Assembly: GCA_965217585.1 (NCBI GenBank)
Contig: OZ244561.1
Span: 3,776,001 to 3,840,000 of the forward strand
Length of the DNA: 64,000 bases
DNA from: Candidatus Latescibacterota bacterium
GTDB lineage: Bacteria; Latescibacterota; UBA2968; UBA8231
Direction of reading: 5' to 3'
In this document: positions 10,264-19,720 of the stretch, one piece after another
Layout of the letters: every line of letters starts with the position of its first letter
Position numbering within the stretch: the stretch's first letter is position 1
The notes under the pieces: generated by a model
What the model was told of the DNA's origin: nothing
Databases searched by the model: none
The model's input: the letters and a program-made list of their open reading frames with translations, nothing else
Made by a program: the position numbers and the translations under genes

Positions 10264-11265
10264 TTACGCTTTTTTTGTGATCGGATAGGACTCGGGTTTG
10301 GCCAACGCGAGCAGTCGGTTAAGTACCGCACAACCCAACCGTGTTTCGGTCTGTTGGTGGGGTAAGGTTCGGGCGCGTAAGGTATCGCCGAGTATCTGTT
10401 TATAGCGGCCTATCTGCGTTTCGGCGATCGAGCGGCGATGATAGCCGCTGTCGTTTTTCCAGGTTCGACGGCCCCGTTGGCGGATCGCTCGAATCGTCTC
10501 ATCGCGGGGTAACGGCTCGGCGTGAGTGTTGCCATGTTGCTCGATTTTGGCGTCCTTGCGCGGCGGAATGATCGGGCGAATAGGCCGGCCTTGATCGGGC
10601 GCGGCCAACGCGTCGAAGACCTTGCGCTTATCATAGGCTCCATCGCCACCCAACGCGACCACGGACGCTTCGACTTGCTGCAGCAACGGCTCCACCTGCG
10701 AGGCATCATCTCGGCGGTTGGTGGTCAAGGTCTGTGCGACGATTTCGCCGGTAGCCTCGTTGACCCCTAGGTGCAATTTGCGCCATGCGCGCCGCTTCGT
10801 CCAACCGTGCTGACGCACCTTCCACTCGCCTTCCCCATACACTTTCAGCCCCGTCGAGTCAACCACCAAGTGCAGGGGTTGGTCGGTACGCTGGGGCGGT
10901 AGATCCACCGCCAAATCCGCCTGACGGCGAGACCAGGTCGTGTGATCGGGCCCCTGTAGATCCAGTCCCATCAAGGCCAAGATGGAGCTGACAAAGCCCT
11001 CGGTTTGGCGCAGCGGCAAATGATAGAGCATCCGTAGCGTCAACGCCGTTTGGATGGCTCCATCCGAAAAGGTGTATTGCGCTCCCCGCTGGGAGGGCCC
11101 TTGATAATACCAAGCTTGAACCGCTTGGGGGCTAAACCACACCGTCAGACTCCCCCGCTGTTTAAGGCCGGCCTCGTAGGCAGACCCATTACGCACCCGG
11201 TATACGACCTTCGGGCGACCGCGAGCAAACTTGACCGGGGAGGAAGAAGACGATACCTTGGGCAT
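10264..11265 (-). CDS. IS5/IS903-group DDE transposase
   Basis: DSTGLKVYGEGEW, WRKLHLGV, GDGAYD, GYHRRSIAET. Confidence 0.95.
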   Translation of the reverse strand: MPKVSSSSSPVKFARGRPKVVYRVRNGSAYEAGLKQRGSLTVWFSPQAVQAWYYQGPSQRGAQYTFSDGAIQTALTLRMLYHLPLRQTEGFVSSILALMGLDLQGPDHTTWSRRQADLAVDLPPQRTDQPLHLVVDSTGLKVYGEGEWKVRQHGWTKRRAWRKLHLGVNEATGEIVAQTLTTNRRDDASQVEPLLQQVEASVVALGGDGAYDKRKVFDALAAPDQGRPIRPIIPPRKDAKIEQHGNTHAEPLPRDETIRAIRQRGRRTWKNDSGYHRRSIAETQIGRYKQILGDTLRARTLPHQQTETRLGCAVLNRLLALAKPESYPITKKA

Positions 11266-11338
11266 GACAGGTTCCTTGGACGAGAAAGCATGGATTTTTT
11301 GCCAAAAAGGTCCTGCCCAAACTACTAAGGAACCTGTC
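11266..11338 (-). promoter_or_regulatory. Inverted repeat able to sequester the transposase RBS
   Basis: Perfect 12-bp IR GACAGGTTCCTT (11266-11277) / AAGGAACCTGTC (11327-11338) immediately 5' of the ATG. Confidence 0.6.
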
Positions 11339-11389
11339 TTTATTCAACCAATGAACACAAGAAAAACCGACGATTCATGCACCAAAGCC

Positions 11390-11964
11390 GTCTTGTATTA
11401 TCCGAGGCAATCGTGTCATACCCGGCCTTAATGCGTGGCAGTTTGATCCAGCGCGGATACCCGGCCCCGTCTTTGGGGTTGATCATGCGCACATGTAGCT
11501 GGAATTTGCCCTTCGTCACTCCCTCGGCTCGCTTCTTGGGATCCAAGGACATCGAATCATAAATACGCCCGCACACTGCCGAATACCTCCGGCAGCGTAT
11601 CGCGATTGGTCATCCGATTGCCCACCGTAACCGTGTCACCCACAAGAGCCAAATTTCGCAGGCTGTCGTAGCCACCGTTGAACAGCCGCTCAAAGTCGCG
11701 CCGCGTGTACCGATCTCTCACATCCTGCCCCGGATTGGTGCCGTAGGGTAGGTCGTGTTCGTGATAGTCGTAAGCGGTCTCAGACGCTTGCGTCGTCGCA
11801 TCGTCAAAGGTGACCAGCACCACATCCAGCGTACAGGCCTCGGCCTGTGCGGCCGGGTCGGGGTTGTTGGCGTGTGGCCACGTCGAAAGCGAACCGCGCC
11901 CATAGGCTCCACTTTCCCACAGTACGGAGATTAACAGGATTAAAAGAAACGCTGGTGCCCTCAT
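11390..11964 (-). pseudogene. Secreted M6 (immune inhibitor A)-like metalloprotease N-terminus, copy 2; frameshifted and cut by the IS
   Basis: Signal peptide, LDVVLVTF; GSVRAY continues after a 1-nt frameshift (~11562) as YDSMS..GKFQL..RWIKLP..Y. Confidence 0.6.
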
Positions 11965-12764
11965 TGGTCTCTCCTTTCTCCCGCCAACAACGACTGCTTG
12001 ATCTGACCCCAAGAAGAGGACGACGTACTCGTGGAAATTAAGACGGCGTCCAAATACTCTACCTGAGTACCTCCGATAACTGCACGGAGAGCCTTTACAC
12101 GGTTGCCGAAGACGCGGTGATCTTCCCCGAAAATCGACCAAGCGCATATGCTGCAACCGTAACCCGCACGAAAGCTACACGACCTACTCCCTTCACCGTT
12201 GCCCAAAAATCGGAACGAATACGACGGTGCATACAACGGTGAATCTAGGTATGCTTCCACCTTCACTTGGTTGTCCCCTTCTTCAGTTGGGATCGCGTAT
12301 TTCGTCTCATATAGATTCATCTCTCCATAGGCTGGGTCCGAAAGGGGGGTATAGTCCTCGGAGGTACCGTCGAAGCGAAAGATGGCTTGCTCGCCATCGG
12401 CAGTGCGCTCCATGAGGCGAGTGCCTTGCCAGCGCAGCTTCTTGCTGGCAATAAAATGCGGTGGTGCTGGTGGCCAGTTGGCCGGCATGTCGCTGAGTAC
12501 GTAATACGTCTTGCCGTCTATGACCTCCGTCCGATTCACCGTAATCGTGAATTGAGGAAATTCTTGGTCCATATACGCCGACCATTGAATTTTATCTCCA
12601 TAACGCCCGTCAATGTCGTAGAGTACATGTCTGTACGTCCACGAGTTACCCACGGCCAGCGGCAGATAGTCCGACGCTTGGTAGTCCGTGGCTGCGGCCG
12701 GCAGCACCCCGCTCAGGCTGAGTAGCGCCGCCAAGATCAAGCGAATCCTCTTCTTCGTTTCCAT
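11961..12764 (-). CDS. Secreted hypothetical protein 'METKK', copy 2, with SWGQIK tail
   Basis: RBS AAGGAG, signal peptide, YLPLAVGNSWTY, C-terminal STSSSSWGQIKQS. Confidence 0.8.
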   Translation of the reverse strand: METKKRIRLILAALLSLSGVLPAAATDYQASDYLPLAVGNSWTYRHVLYDIDGRYGDKIQWSAYMDQEFPQFTITVNRTEVIDGKTYYVLSDMPANWPPAPPHFIASKKLRWQGTRLMERTADGEQAIFRFDGTSEDYTPLSDPAYGEMNLYETKYAIPTEEGDNQVKVEAYLDSPLYAPSYSFRFLGNGEGSRSCSFRAGYGCSICAWSIFGEDHRVFGNRVKALRAVIGGTQVEYLDAVLISTSTSSSSWGQIKQSLLAGERRDQ

Positions 12765-12841
12765 GATACGTCTCCTTCTTGAGAGATGAGATATCCGTTC
12801 CAGCGGCCAGACGCCGACCAGATACGGAATGTGAATGGTAC

Positions 12842-13165
12842 TTACGCCCGCAGGCTACCGTAGCCGCCGCTGAACAGCCGCTCGAACTCGCGCAGGGTGT
12901 AACTGGAATCAGGATCAGGATACGTCCCGTCGTCATTGGAGCCGTGGGGCCGATCGTGGTTGTGATAGTCGTAAGCGGTCCCGGACTCTGGCGTCGTCGC
13001 ATTGAGAAAGGTAACCAGCACCACATCCAGCGTACAGGCCTCGGCCTGTGCGGCTCGGTTGGGGTGGTTGGTGTGTGGCCACGTCGAAAGCGAACCGCGC
13101 CCATAGGCTCCACTCTCCCACAGTACGGAGATTAACAGGAGCAAAAGAAACGCCGGTATCCTCAT
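12842..13165 (-). pseudogene. M6-like protease N-terminus, copy 1, deleted
   Basis: Paralogous to 11557-11964 (shared ISVLWESGAYGRGSLSTWPH); ends GGYGSLRA*. Confidence 0.6.
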
Positions 13166-13908
13166 TGGCCTCTCCCTTCTCCCGCCAACCACGACTGCTT
13201 CATTTCGCCCCAAGACGAGGACGACGTACTCGTGGGGGTTAAGGCATCCGAAAACTCTACCGAACGACCTCCGATAACTGCACGGAGGGCCTTTACATCG
13301 TTTTCAAAGAGGGGGTGATCGGTTCCGAAAATTGTCCGCAGACACCATTGGATGCCATAGCCGGCAACGAATCGAATCCCTCCGCCCCCTTCTTCAAATC
13401 CGCGGAAATCGAAGGCATACTTGGGCACAGGTTCGAAAATTACTTTCACCGCGAACTGATTGGCTCCCTCGTCGGTCGAGACCGCGTAGCCGGCTTCGTT
13501 GGCCCCGTCGAAGCGATATATGGCCTCCTCACCATTGGCGGTGCGTTCCATCAGATGCGTACCCTCCCAGCGCAGCTTCTTGCCGGCGATAAAATGCGGC
13601 GGGGCCGGCGGCCAATTGGTAGGCATGTCGCTGAGCACGTAATACGTCTTGCCGTCAATGACCTCCGTCCGCTCCACCGTGATGGTGAATCGGCGTGGGT
13701 CATGGACTTGAGCCATGTACGTGGACCATTGACTTTTATCGCCATAACGCCTTTCGATGTCATAAAACTCATGCTTGTACGTCCACGAATTACCCACGGC
13801 CAGCGGCAGATAGTCCGATGCCTCATAATCCGTGGCGGCGACCGGCAGCACCCAACTCAGGCTGAGCAGCGCCGCCAAGATCAAGCGAATCCTCTTCTTC
13901 GTTTCCAT
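13162..13908 (-). CDS. Secreted hypothetical protein 'METKK', copy 1, with SWGEMK tail
   Basis: Paralog of 11961-12764 with the same RBS, signal peptide and YLPLAVGNSWTY. Confidence 0.8.
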   Translation of the reverse strand: METKKRIRLILAALLSLSWVLPVAATDYEASDYLPLAVGNSWTYKHEFYDIERRYGDKSQWSTYMAQVHDPRRFTITVERTEVIDGKTYYVLSDMPTNWPPAPPHFIAGKKLRWEGTHLMERTANGEEAIYRFDGANEAGYAVSTDEGANQFAVKVIFEPVPKYAFDFRGFEEGGGGIRFVAGYGIQWCLRTIFGTDHPLFENDVKALRAVIGGRSVEFSDALTPTSTSSSSWGEMKQSWLAGEGRGQ

Positions 13909-14093
13909 GATACGTCTCCTTCTTGAGAGATGAGATATCCGTTCCAGCGGCCAGACGCCGACCCGATACGGAATGTGAATGTTGCTCAACGACCAATATG
14001 CCCAGTGCGGCCTCCTATGCCGCAGCAATCGCCCCGTCCATAGGATGCCCACCAACCGCAGGATCGGCATCAGAGAAATCAGGGTCATACCAA

Positions 14094-15317
14094 TCATGGT
14101 TGTCTCCTTATTGAATGGGGCTCATCCGGCCTGGACGCGGATTCAAGGGCCGTAGGCAGCTCAGACCGAGGCCACCGGTACAGCCCCTCGTATGAGGGAA
14201 TCCACAGATCACCCCGGCTATCGACGACCGGCGCACCAATGGCCCTGAACTCCTCATACGGGAACCCAATCCAAACGGCCCCCTCCAGTACGCCCAAAGA
14301 GCTATCTTCTACCCCTACATCCTCCGCCACCCCACAAAACTCATCCCAGCCTGCCTCGTCGCCGGTGCCAACCCGGTCGTAGCGCCTCCACGTCGAGCAG
14401 TCCGTCCACAGCCTTGTGGACGCACCCTCCTGGACATACAACCCTTCCCCACAATCCACCCACACCCGCCCCTCCCGATCCGCCAAGAGCATCCGGACGG
14501 CGAGCCGATACCACGTCCACTGCGTCCCATCAAAGGTCAGCAGCCGCGTCCAGGTCTTTTCTAGACCTCCCACCTCATCGAGGACTTGCCAAAAAGTAGC
14601 CATCGCCCACAGCGTGCCGGAGCGATCCACCGCGATCTCGGCAATGTGGAGGTTGTCGAAGCGATCTTCGCTCGCATCCGTCCCTATATCGTCGAGGTCG
14701 TAGGTCCACCAATCCTGCCCGTCAAAGCGCGCCAACAGGTCCCCGCCACCGCTGCCGGTACACCACACCTCCCCGTTGGGCGCGACGGCGTGGTGGTACC
14801 CCCGCTCTGCAAACTGGTAGCGAGTCCAGCGCTGGCCATCAAAGCGGCTCAGACCCGCCTCCGTCGCCACCCACACGTTGCCCGACCTGTCGGCTGCCAA
14901 GTCCCAAATCTTGCCGGCATAGCTCGTCGCCGCGTGCCCACCAGCCCCGGCACGAACCTCCGCCTCCACCTCCGGCAGCCAAAGGCCCATGCCCGTGCCG
15001 GTCACCGTCGAGACCGGGGCCTCCACCCGCCTAGGCCGCCCCACCTCCACCACCATCGGCGTCTCGAGCGTGCGCTGCTGCCGGCCGTCCAGCGTGTACA
15101 GGGTCACCGACCGGGGTCCTCGCCCGGCCAACCCCGCAGGCAACGGCAACACCATCACCGGCCAGCCCCTAGGCAGCCGGACGAGCTTGGGGGGCAACCG
15201 GACCGGATCGGCGGCGTTGCGTTCACCGATCAGGCGATCGGCGTCCAATTGTTGCTCCATGAGTAATGTCATCTCGTGCGGCCTCCTTGTCCGCATCGGT
15301 TTCAACTGCGCTGGCAT
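14094..15317 (-). CDS. Probably chimeric or decayed beta-propeller (two-component regulator propeller-like) protein
   Basis: DRSGNVWVAT..GLSRFDG, DRSGTLW, DREGRVW and DSRGDLW repeats; N-terminal ~130 aa atypical; start uncertain. Confidence 0.5.
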   Translation of the reverse strand: MPAQLKPMRTRRPHEMTLLMEQQLDADRLIGERNAADPVRLPPKLVRLPRGWPVMVLPLPAGLAGRGPRSVTLYTLDGRQQRTLETPMVVEVGRPRRVEAPVSTVTGTGMGLWLPEVEAEVRAGAGGHAATSYAGKIWDLAADRSGNVWVATEAGLSRFDGQRWTRYQFAERGYHHAVAPNGEVWCTGSGGGDLLARFDGQDWWTYDLDDIGTDASEDRFDNLHIAEIAVDRSGTLWAMATFWQVLDEVGGLEKTWTRLLTFDGTQWTWYRLAVRMLLADREGRVWVDCGEGLYVQEGASTRLWTDCSTWRRYDRVGTGDEAGWDEFCGVAEDVGVEDSSLGVLEGAVWIGFPYEEFRAIGAPVVDSRGDLWIPSYEGLYRWPRSELPTALESASRPDEPHSIRRQP

Positions 15318-15428
15318 GATCTATATGCACATTCCGTGCCAACGAGCAGACCGCGCACAAAAAAATCCTTCAGGAAGGCCCTAAAGGATTGAAAAACATG
15401 GACTTTAAAATTGTAGGAGGGGCTTTTT

Positions 15429-16075
15429 CTACGCTTCGCCGCTCAGCCCTTGTTGTCCGGCGGGCAGACCACCGCAATTGACGGGGATGAAGGCTTGCTC
15501 GCGGCGCAGGCTCATCTTGTGGAGAGTCTGGGCGAGCAAGCCCTTGCCCACGCCGGTCTCGCCCAACACCAGCACCCTCGTATCCGTCTCGGCTACTTGC
15601 TCCACCTGTTTCAGGAGCCGGGCCATGACCGGATTTTGGCTGAGTATATTCGGAGTCCGTCGCTTGTCTGGGTCGTCGGCGACCACCCGCACCTCCAAGC
15701 TGAGGACCCCTCGGCGCAGCGTCGCCAGCCACGTCGTCCCCGCCGCGTCAGTCGCCATGTCGTACACCGGCCCTATAGGCTGCCCTCCAATGGCCGTCGT
15801 GGACTCTACGCACCGATCCCCAACAAACCTGCCAACCCCCTTGCCGGTCAGGACCCGCATCGTGCCATCCGGCTGCTGTTGCAAGCCCAAGATGTCGTTG
15901 GAGGGCAGGCCGTCCTCGATGGTATATACCCGAAAACTCTGTCCGTCGTAGGCGGCCAGCCCACCGCCGAGCGTCCCAAAGAGCAACCGCCCATCCGCGG
16001 ATGCCCTAGCACATGGTCAAAGGATTTTATTTGCCTTGGGGTTTGTGCGACTTCGATCATCTCGTCCATCCCCAC
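15429..16075 (-). pseudogene. Fragmented propeller + sigma54-interacting activator gene
   Basis: FGTLGGGLAAYDG..YTIEDGLPSN propeller fused directly to VLVLGETGVGKG...FIPVNCGGLP, ending before GAFTGA and the HTH. Confidence 0.75.
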
Positions 16076-16235
16076 CCAGTTCTAAGTTTGATGCACTGGC
16101 ATTACGCAGTGGCTATATATCTTGGCGTTCAAGCTCCCTCTCCTTTTGACCGCGCCTAAACACGATTGCACTCGATGATGGAAATATATGACTTTAATTT
16201 CTCTCGCTGTCAAAGTGCCCAGCGCCGATCAGCTA

Positions 16236-16865
16236 CTACACCCGCTCGGCCTGGGGTTCGGCCCGACCATGAGTATGGTCCCACAAATGCCCCCGCCGCT
16301 TCTGGCCTTCTAGGGTCGTTTCAAAGTACACCCCCCGCAGCGGCTCATGCACCAACGGCATATCGTGATGGTGCCCCATGCCCGTGGCAAGGCAGTCTCC
16401 CGGCTTCATTTCGTACGGCTTGCCCTCGGAAACGGCGCGGGCCTGACCCTCGAGGATGACCCAATACTCGTCGCAGTCGTGAAAGTGGCAATCGAAATTG
16501 GTCCATTTCTCGTACGGGACCGGGTCGCCCTTATCCTCGGGCTGAGGGCTATTGTCCATGTTAAAGATGCCCGAGCCGCCCGTCTCCGCTCCCCAGCATC
16601 CGCAAAAGCGCACCAGCGTGGCCGCCTCTTCTACCTCCAGTACCTCAAAAGAACCCGCACCGACCAAATCCAGATTGGCACCCGTGGCGGCTTCGACCTC
16701 TTCGGCACCCACCCGCAGTCGACAGCGCCCAGCTCCCACGATCAGCTTCTCCACCTTGCCACGGCGCGCAAAGCCGTGTTCATCGCCTGCGTTGAGCCGC
16801 ACGATCTCAAAGTGTTCCAACTCGCACCAATCGGGGTACTGGTCTTCACTTCTGAACATCGGCAT
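16236..16865 (-). CDS. Cupin domain protein
   Basis: HFHDCDEYW...MGHHH metal-binding cupin motif. Confidence 0.8.
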   Translation of the reverse strand: MPMFRSEDQYPDWCELEHFEIVRLNAGDEHGFARRGKVEKLIVGAGRCRLRVGAEEVEAATGANLDLVGAGSFEVLEVEEAATLVRFCGCWGAETGGSGIFNMDNSPQPEDKGDPVPYEKWTNFDCHFHDCDEYWVILEGQARAVSEGKPYEMKPGDCLATGMGHHHDMPLVHEPLRGVYFETTLEGQKRRGHLWDHTHGRAEPQAERV

Positions 16866-16969
16866 AACATTTCTCCCTTCTCTCAGTTTTTAAAAGGTTT
16901 TAGAATATTAGGTGTCTGACGTTACCTAGCAGATTCGCATAAATCAACTGACACTGGGATGCACAAACC

Positions 16970-17770
16970 ATGACCGTTGAAGAAACCCTTTTTCATCTAA
17001 AGCTACACGGATGGTGCCTCGTCGAAAACGTCATCCCCGAATCAGCAGTCAATGGAGTACGGCAAAGTATCGAAGCCACCGCAGCCGAGTACGCCCGTCC
17101 AGATGCCGACAGCATCAACATTCCCGACGTCCTCAATGTCAACCAGTCTTTTGCCCCATACCTAGCCCACGAGGCGATCCTAAAACCGCTACAGGCCTTA
17201 TGGGGGCCCTACGTGCGCATGCGCACCGCCAAAGGGTTTGTCTCCAAGCCGGGCTGCCAAGGAGGCAGCCTACACGCGGATGGTCCCTACATCCAATCGG
17301 CTCCCATGCGAATGAACGCGCCGTATCAGGACTTCATCGCCAAGGTCACCGCAGTCTGGATGTTGTCGCCGTTTACCAAAGAGAACGGCGGCACCTTGCT
17401 GGTGCCTGGAAGCCATCGCGCGGACAACAATCGCACCGGCGGACTCGACCTGCCCGTTCCCCACCCCGGCCAAATACAAGCTACTGGACCAGCCGGCAGC
17501 GTAGTGCTGTTCGACGCCCGCACTTGGCACGGCAGCGGCAGCAACAACAGCGACGAGGACCGAGTGGGCTTGGTTATGGCGTATTTCCCCTGGTGGCTCG
17601 CCCAAGACCCATCCATGCCGCCGGACACGCCCGAGCGCCAGCGTCTCACTGAGGAAACGGGCTTGAGCGATGAAGAACTCGGGGCGGGCACCCCCCTGTT
17701 GCCCACAGAGGTCTATCGAGCATTGCCCGAAGAGGTGAAGCCGCTATTACGGCATTGGGTGCGGCCCTAA
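16970..17770 (+). CDS. Phytanoyl-CoA dioxygenase (PhyH) family protein
   Basis: LHAD (HxD), NGGTLLVPGSH, WHG, DRVG. Confidence 0.92.
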   Translation: MTVEETLFHLKLHGWCLVENVIPESAVNGVRQSIEATAAEYARPDADSINIPDVLNVNQSFAPYLAHEAILKPLQALWGPYVRMRTAKGFVSKPGCQGGSLHADGPYIQSAPMRMNAPYQDFIAKVTAVWMLSPFTKENGGTLLVPGSHRADNNRTGGLDLPVPHPGQIQATGPAGSVVLFDARTWHGSGSNNSDEDRVGLVMAYFPWWLAQDPSMPPDTPERQRLTEETGLSDEELGAGTPLLPTEVYRALPEEVKPLLRHWVRP

Positions 17771-17777
17771 CCCTGTA

Positions 17778-19697
17778 TTACATGTTCGTCAGCCAGCGCC
17801 CTTTTTCCGCGGTCAGCGCATAGATCGCGCCCCACACCCCCGAGACCGAAACCTCGCCCAAAATCAACCCCAAAAAGAACGGCTTGGCATTCTGGAACAG
17901 GCGCACGCCACCAAAGCGGACGATGACCAACTTCAAAAGCCACGCGATCAGCGCCGAAAACCAGATCTGACTCGTCAGCCAGCCCACGGCAATGGCAAAG
18001 CCGACCGGGTGCAAAGGCCACCAAAACCACCGGTGCTGCGCCCACATTAGAAAGCCCTCCACAGCCGCGCCGATCCCCTTGAAGAGCCAGCCACGCATGT
18101 TGGCCTCGGGCATGTTGAGAATGGTCGGGCCGAGGTAGGGCCAGCCGTGGGCACCGGCCCAATTGATCAGCGACAGATTAATCGCTCCGTGGGTGTAGGC
18201 CAGTTTCAAGGTCATGTAGGCCGCGGCCAAAAGGCTGCACACCAGCGCCAGCATCAGGCCCCAAAACAGCCGCGTCTTGGGGCCGGGGACCAGCTCGGCG
18301 AGTTTGAGGCCGTTGGCGCAGGCGACCATCGGCGAAGTGCGCGATTCGCCCTGCCAAATAAAGGTGAAGTTGAGGGCGACCAAGCCCTTGGCCCCGAGGA
18401 CCGAGGTGCCCAAGCCCGAAATAATGAAGAACGCCGGGACAATGGGGCTGCGGGCGGTGGCCACGCCGCCGGTGGCCACCACGCGCGCGACCAAGATGAA
18501 GAACAGCAAGCTGACGACGAGCAAGACCGGGAGCACCGCAATGGGCACTCCCGAACGCCAGAGCCAGACGGCGACAAAGAGCAGGCTGCCCAAAAAGCCG
18601 ACCAAGGCCGTGCGATAGCTGAGTAATTCCTCGCTGTCATCGACGCCACCGTGCGGATCCCAGAGTTTGCTCCACACCTCTTTGAGATGGGGACGGGCGG
18701 TCCACAGTCCAAAGAGTACCAACACAATGACCGCGCCGGTGGCTTGGTGAGTCAGGTCAGCCGGCTGCGAGTACTCGTACGCGCTCAGGCGCTCGGTGCT
18801 GGCAATGCCGAGGGTCTTGAAGACCCCTTCCTCCACCTTGGAGAAGACGTAAAAGAACCAGATGCTGAACGTGATCTCGAGATTGACCAAGTAGAAGAAG
18901 CCGACCCAAGCCAAGTTGAGCGCAATCGGCAGGTGCAAGGTATGGTTGAAGAAGGAAAAACGGCCACTGGGGCGGTATTCGGGCACGATGGGGAAGTAGT
19001 GGTTGAGGGCGTTGAGGCTGAGCAAGATGAAGGGCACGGCAAACCCCAGCCACATCCGCTGGTCCTTGAAAAAGGGGGCTAGACGTACGGCAGCGTCCTT
19101 CTCAATCATGTTCTGCGGTAGCTGAACCATCGGATAGGTCAGCCGCTCGTGCTCCGACCATTGGCGGTGGAGGATGGCGCTCATGCAGATCAACATGAAG
19201 CTCATGGCCACGATCAACGCCAACCAGTAAGCCATCGGCTCCACCCAAACGCTCCACGGAATAGACTCACCTTGCGGCAGGCCCTCGTAGTAATTCTTGA
19301 TGGCCTCAAAGTCCTGCGGCGCGATCCACGCGGGGATAAAGTCGTAGAACAGCTCGACGTAGTTGTTTTCTGGGGTGGCGTAGTAGAAGGGATAGACGAT
19401 GGTGCCAATGAGGAAGAACATCAGGCCCCAAGTCGGCACGGTGACCGCCATCATCAACATGCAGTAAATCAGCACCAGGTCGGCTTTGGACAGGGCGAAA
19501 TGGCGGCCGATCAGGGCCACGAACCCATTGACGGCAAAGGTCAGGACAAAAAAGAGAAAGAGGGCACCCGGCGACGAGGGATTGAAGCCGACCCAATAGT
19601 AATTGAACACGACCCCATACGGCGCGAGCAGACCGACCGCTAGGGAGAGAGCTACGCCGGTTAGCAGTCCCTTGATGCTGAAAGGCGAATTGGGCAT
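17778..19697 (-). CDS. DUF6785/DUF6784-type multi-pass membrane protein, putative transporter
   Basis: Many TM segments; QWSEHERLTYP, WWPLHPVG, PFFLGLILGE. Confidence 0.75.
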   Translation of the reverse strand: MPNSPFSIKGLLTGVALSLAVGLLAPYGVVFNYYWVGFNPSSPGALFLFFVLTFAVNGFVALIGRHFALSKADLVLIYCMLMMAVTVPTWGLMFFLIGTIVYPFYYATPENNYVELFYDFIPAWIAPQDFEAIKNYYEGLPQGESIPWSVWVEPMAYWLALIVAMSFMLICMSAILHRQWSEHERLTYPMVQLPQNMIEKDAAVRLAPFFKDQRMWLGFAVPFILLSLNALNHYFPIVPEYRPSGRFSFFNHTLHLPIALNLAWVGFFYLVNLEITFSIWFFYVFSKVEEGVFKTLGIASTERLSAYEYSQPADLTHQATGAVIVLVLFGLWTARPHLKEVWSKLWDPHGGVDDSEELLSYRTALVGFLGSLLFVAVWLWRSGVPIAVLPVLLVVSLLFFILVARVVATGGVATARSPIVPAFFIISGLGTSVLGAKGLVALNFTFIWQGESRTSPMVACANGLKLAELVPGPKTRLFWGLMLALVCSLLAAAYMTLKLAYTHGAINLSLINWAGAHGWPYLGPTILNMPEANMRGWLFKGIGAAVEGFLMWAQHRWFWWPLHPVGFAIAVGWLTSQIWFSALIAWLLKLVIVRFGGVRLFQNAKPFFLGLILGEVSVSGVWGAIYALTAEKGRWLTNM

Positions 19698-19720
19698 GCC
19701 GGCGAGCGCAGTCGAGTACC

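Larger units (their letters stand above)
10212..11389 (-). mobile_element. IS5 family, IS903-like insertion sequence (1178 bp)
   Basis: Terminal IRs GGCTTTGTTGCATGAA (10212-10227) and TTCATGCACCAAAGCC (11374-11389), 15/16 match; no flanking direct repeat. Confidence 0.92.
11655..13981 (-). repeat. Diverged tandem duplication of a ~1.15-1.2 kb two-gene unit
   Basis: Near-identical leaders 12777-12837 and 13921-13981; paralogous starts offset by 1144 bp (12764/13908) and 1201 bp (11964/13165). Confidence 0.9.

Noticed and set aside
11655-13981. Diversity-generating retroelement TR/VR pair
   Set aside because: Differences include indels and all base types rather than adenine-only changes; no reverse transcriptase in the window
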